Both the position numbers and the translations under genes were made by a program. The notes beneath the pieces were generated by a model. That model searched no databases, was not told the origin of the DNA, and saw only the letters and a list, made by a program, of their open reading frames with translations. This document shows positions 52,577 through 55,637 of a DNA stretch of 55,637 nucleotides, piece after piece. The DNA lies in NCBI GenBank assembly GCA_964447355.1, contig CAYUSG010000004.1:1-55637 (forward strand). The letters run 5' to 3'. This DNA is from an uncultured Paenibacillaceae bacterium (lineage in GTDB: Bacteria > Bacillota > Bacilli > Paenibacillales > CAYUSG01). Within the stretch, counting starts at the first letter, position 1. Each line of letters begins with the position of its first letter.

Positions 52577-54784
52577 TTGAAGGTTTCACTATACTGTATT
52601 GAACTGGATAACGTTTGGAAGTGGCATATTTCCTTTGACATGCAAGTTGATCTGATGTATTGGGGGAACAACTTGAACTATGTCCATATGTTTCGGGTGA
52701 CACCGGAGGTTCCTCTGCATTGGGCGCTTAGCTTTATTGAGCATGAGGGTTACAGAGGGAAAGGTAACGACATAAGTACAGACATTATATCCAGTAGATT
52801 AACTAAAGATTATTGTGATTGGAAGAGACGCTTAAGGCGGGCCATGGAGGGGATTCAACGGGATGTGAGCGGAACTCGCAGCAGCGGGGATTCAGACAAA
52901 GGTGCGATGGGTGAAACAAAGGATCGATCAGATGATATAGGAGCTATTTTGCGTGTGGTAGAAGTTCGTTTAAGAGGGCAGTCGGAAGCTTACAATCGAT
53001 CTTTGACCGCTGACAGGGGAGTGACATATTTAGAGGGATCGGGAAATGGGTCGGGGATCGATCTCGTTCATCGAATCAACGGCAGAGAACTGCTGCCTGA
53101 GGAAATTCAGTTGTTGCTTAACCCGAATAGTTTATCAGGCGGAACTACAGCATGGAGAGCAGAAGTGCAGCGGTCCTATCTGAAGGGGGATCTTAGCATT
53201 CGGAGTGGTATGAACTTAACAGATCCGTATACAGATCGATTTCGCAATGAATCAGCCGCAGAGGAAGAGAGTGTAAGGCCGCAATGGAGAAAGGTATTAC
53301 TGGCTGTTAAGAACTACATTAATAAACCATTACGGTCGGATTGGCTGCTTGGTTCATCTAAGCGTTCAACTTTACGATGCAATCGCTGCGGCAGCAGCGG
53401 GGAGCAACTGATTCCGTCCTCATGTGCAAGTTGTGGTGAAATGGAGTGTTGTTACTGTCAGAGCTGTTTAACGATGGGGCGAGTGAAGGTGTGCTCACCG
53501 TTAATTAGCGGATCTGCAAAGGTGGACGAAGTTGATGAACCGAGGATTAGCGCGCATATATGCGGTGATGGAGCATGGAACCAAACTCAGTTGACTGAAA
53601 CTATTCCTTTACATCGCATTGAATGGATAAGTAAGAAACCGATGCCAACTGATGCGCAGTTAATAGAAAAATGGGGGTTAAGCCCTGCACAGAAGGAAGC
53701 GGTAAGTGCGGGTCTACATTTTCTCAATGGACAGGCATCTAATGGTAGCAGTATTACGAAGGGATTAGTTTCTAAAACGGAGGGACCTACTCCGGGGAAA
53801 TTCCTCATATGGGCGGTTACAGGCGCAGGCAAAACAGAAATGATCTTTCCGCTGATAGAATCGGAGCTGCTCCACCATAGATCGGTTCTTGTAACAACCC
53901 CGCGTAAGGATGTCATTATTGAACTCGAGCCGAGGCTGAAGAAGGCTTTTCCGAACCAATCGATCGTAACATTATATGGCGGAAGTGAGCAGCGCTGGGA
54001 TAGCGGGGACATTACGTTAGCGACTACACATCAGTTGTTAAGGTTCTATAAAGCGTTTGATTTTATTGTTATTGACGAACTAGATGCATTTCCTTTTCAT
54101 AACAATCCTATGCTTCAGTATGCTGCACTTAAGGTTTGTAGACCTGGGGGAAACTATATCTTTCTGTCGGCTACACCGCCGAAGGATGTACAGCGTGAAG
54201 TTCGGAAAGGACGATTAGATCACGCCAAGGTGCCCGTTCGATACCATCGTCATCCGCTTCCTGTTCCTAGATTAGTTCGAACTCCCTCGCTACGGCAATG
54301 GCTGGAGAAAGGCAGTCTTCCGAATCGCTTAAAGCGTGATTTGCAGCATTCTATCGAGCGGGGGGCGCAGGTGTTTGTATTCATTCCGAAGATTCAGTGG
54401 ATCTCGCCGCTGCTGGTTTATTTTCGTAAGGCATTCCCGAATATTGTTGTGGATGGGACTTCCTCCAAGGACCCTGATCGTGCTGAGAAGGTGAAGCAGT
54501 TTAGACAAGGCGGGATTCGCGTACTGCTGACGACTACCATTCTGGAGCGAGGGGTAACGGTGCCTAAGACGGATGTCTTTATTCTAGACAGTGATTCTAG
54601 TTTGTTTGATGAGGCGGCTTTGGTGCAAATGGCTGGACGTGCAGGTCGTTCTAAGGATGATCCGCGAGGCAAAGTGATCTTTGCAAGTGCTGAACGAACA
54701 GAATCAGTTATGGGTGCCATCCGACAAATCACGATGATGAACCGCACCGCGAGGCGTAAGGGCTATTTACTTGAAGGTGAGTAA
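52577..54784 (+). CDS. comFA: competence helicase/DNA translocase ComFA with a long N-terminal extension (start uncertain)
   Basis: Cys-rich zinc-finger cluster CNRCGSS...CASCGEMECCYCQSC, Walker A AVTGAGKTE, VIDELDAF, TTTILERGVTVP and QMAGRAGR. TTG 52577 lies 7 nt after GGGGGGTG. Alternative starts ATG 52640, 52844 and 52907. Confidence 0.85.
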   Translation: MKVSLYCIELDNVWKWHISFDMQVDLMYWGNNLNYVHMFRVTPEVPLHWALSFIEHEGYRGKGNDISTDIISSRLTKDYCDWKRRLRRAMEGIQRDVSGTRSSGDSDKGAMGETKDRSDDIGAILRVVEVRLRGQSEAYNRSLTADRGVTYLEGSGNGSGIDLVHRINGRELLPEEIQLLLNPNSLSGGTTAWRAEVQRSYLKGDLSIRSGMNLTDPYTDRFRNESAAEEESVRPQWRKVLLAVKNYINKPLRSDWLLGSSKRSTLRCNRCGSSGEQLIPSSCASCGEMECCYCQSCLTMGRVKVCSPLISGSAKVDEVDEPRISAHICGDGAWNQTQLTETIPLHRIEWISKKPMPTDAQLIEKWGLSPAQKEAVSAGLHFLNGQASNGSSITKGLVSKTEGPTPGKFLIWAVTGAGKTEMIFPLIESELLHHRSVLVTTPRKDVIIELEPRLKKAFPNQSIVTLYGGSEQRWDSGDITLATTHQLLRFYKAFDFIVIDELDAFPFHNNPMLQYAALKVCRPGGNYIFLSATPPKDVQREVRKGRLDHAKVPVRYHRHPLPVPRLVRTPSLRQWLEKGSLPNRLKRDLQHSIERGAQVFVFIPKIQWISPLLVYFRKAFPNIVVDGTSSKDPDRAEKVKQFRQGGIRVLLTTTILERGVTVPKTDVFILDSDSSLFDEAALVQMAGRAGRSKDDPRGKVIFASAERTESVMGAIRQITMMNRTARRKGYLLEGE

Positions 54785-54876
54785 GCATGTTGTTGTGTTA
54801 GGAAGTTGAACTTTTCAGTCCCAAGTCAAAAGTAGTAATCGTTTAGTAATCTAGTTCACAGAATGGAGTGCTGTGT

Positions 54877-55637
54877 ATGTGGTATAACCAAGGTACAACT
54901 AATGTTTTATGGGAAAGGTTCCGAAAAATAGCATCTAGTTCGAAAGGATGGCTTCAAGTAAGGACAAGCGGATGTTCTGTATGTCAGCAAATGTATAGGG
55001 CAGATGCATCAGATTCCCATTCAGTTGACAACTTCCGTGTAGCAGCTAATCTATGTCAGGATTGCAGGGCATTGATTCCGTGGATCAAAGTGTTGAAATG
55101 TGACACTTGCGGTCGCGGCGATGAGTGTCCCGATTGTGTCAGGCGAGAGCAGACATACTTTGCGGCGAATCGAAGTGCTGTAAGGTATATGCCGATCATG
55201 AAAGAGTGGCTGGCTCGGTACAAATACCGCGGCGATGAACGTTTCGCTGATCTTCTCGCACAGATGTTGGAAGCGGTTTATCGTCAGTGGAGCTCTAAGC
55301 TGGGGACTTCGCCTAACGCGTGGGTCTGTTTGACGTATGTACCTTTGAGTGAATCTAGACTCGAGAGTCGCGGGTTTAACCAAGCGGAGCAGTTAGCTCG
55401 CAGGATGGGCCATTCCTTAGGTCTTCCGGTTATAGGTCTCTTGAAGCGTAAACACGATACTGGCAAGCAGAGCTATAAGACGCGCGCGGAACGCTTAGCT
55501 GATCTGGAGAATGTCTTCGAACTTGATTACAAAGGGCTGGAACTGCTGGAGGATGCTGTATTAAAAGGGGCTAAAGATACACCGAGTGGTTGGATAGATC
55601 GTGAAATAGTCCTATGGGTGGTCGATGATGTGTATAC
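54877..55637 (+). CDS. comFC: ComFC-like phosphoribosyltransferase-fold competence protein (3' end cut by the window)
   Basis: Hand translation from ATG 54877 (GGAGTG 6 nt upstream): MWYNQGTT...CQDCRALIPW...CDTCGRGDECPDC...YKYRGDERFADLLA...LESRGFNQAEQLA...WVVDDVYT. It is absent from the ORF track because no stop falls in the window. Confidence 0.85.
   Translation, partial: MWYNQGTTNVLWERFRKIASSSKGWLQVRTSGCSVCQQMYRADASDSHSVDNFRVAANLCQDCRALIPWIKVLKCDTCGRGDECPDCVRREQTYFAANRSAVRYMPIMKEWLARYKYRGDERFADLLAQMLEAVYRQWSSKLGTSPNAWVCLTYVPLSESRLESRGFNQAEQLARRMGHSLGLPVIGLLKRKHDTGKQSYKTRAERLADLENVFELDYKGLELLEDAVLKGAKDTPSGWIDREIVLWVVDDVY

Noticed and set aside
55051-55466. Minus-strand ORFs of 110 aa and 60 aa near the window end
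   Set aside because: They are antisense to the clearly ComFC-like + strand frame that runs off the window.
1-55637. CRISPR arrays, IS/transposase genes, integrases, prophage genes, tRNA/rRNA genes, toxin-antitoxin pairs and known defence systems
   Set aside because: I read through all spacers and ORFs and recognised no short regular repeat-spacer arrays, transposase/integrase/DDE motifs, cloverleaf-like tRNA sequences or defence-type domains (nucleases, STAND or SIR2/TIR-like strings). The only repeats found are the 48-nt pair at 40-192 and the short inverted repeats reported above.

Overview
All confidently called genes (45 CDS) lie on the + strand. The segment comes from an endospore-forming, S-layer-bearing Firmicute; gene content and order look Paenibacillus-like, which is an inference from synteny and protein strings, since no search was possible. 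In order, the window holds: (1) an 11-gene respiratory complex I operon, nuoABCDHIJKLMN, with no nuoEFG. It is preceded by a duplicated 48-nt element carrying cre-like boxes. (2) An SLH-anchored S8 subtilase. (3) The conserved Bacillales block ywzB-like/murA/spoIID/spoIIQ-like/spoIIID/mbl/flhO/flhP/small membrane protein/CDP-alcohol phosphatidyltransferase/fabZ. (4) A cell-envelope island at about 22.8-44.9 kb. It contains pgcA, a large polytopic membrane protein of unknown function, csaB, a tagA-like gene, tagO, and an MBOAT plus SGNH-like O-acyltransferase pair. These are followed by an 1896-aa SLH protein, a 1036-aa acidic Cys-free S-layer-type protein with N-terminal SLH domains, and a two-gene module of unknown function (696 aa and 193 aa). 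(5) An unusual alpha/beta-type SASP, then metK without a recognisable S-box. (6) A secreted phosphodiester-glycosidase family protein. (7) degS-degU, a 135-aa membrane protein with a GT-A-like stub, an N-terminally extended comFA, and comFC, which is truncated by the window end. I recognised no rRNA, tRNA, CRISPR array, transposase, prophage or known defence genes. I did not find a convincing wholly new system. The best candidates for undescribed biology are the unassigned components of the S-layer/secondary-cell-wall-polymer island: the membrane protein next to csaB, the giant SLH protein, and the two-gene module after the S-layer gene. Several unexplained non-coding elements are also reported. 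Start codons were refined by eye from Shine-Dalgarno spacing. All homology statements rest on remembered family motifs, not on searches.
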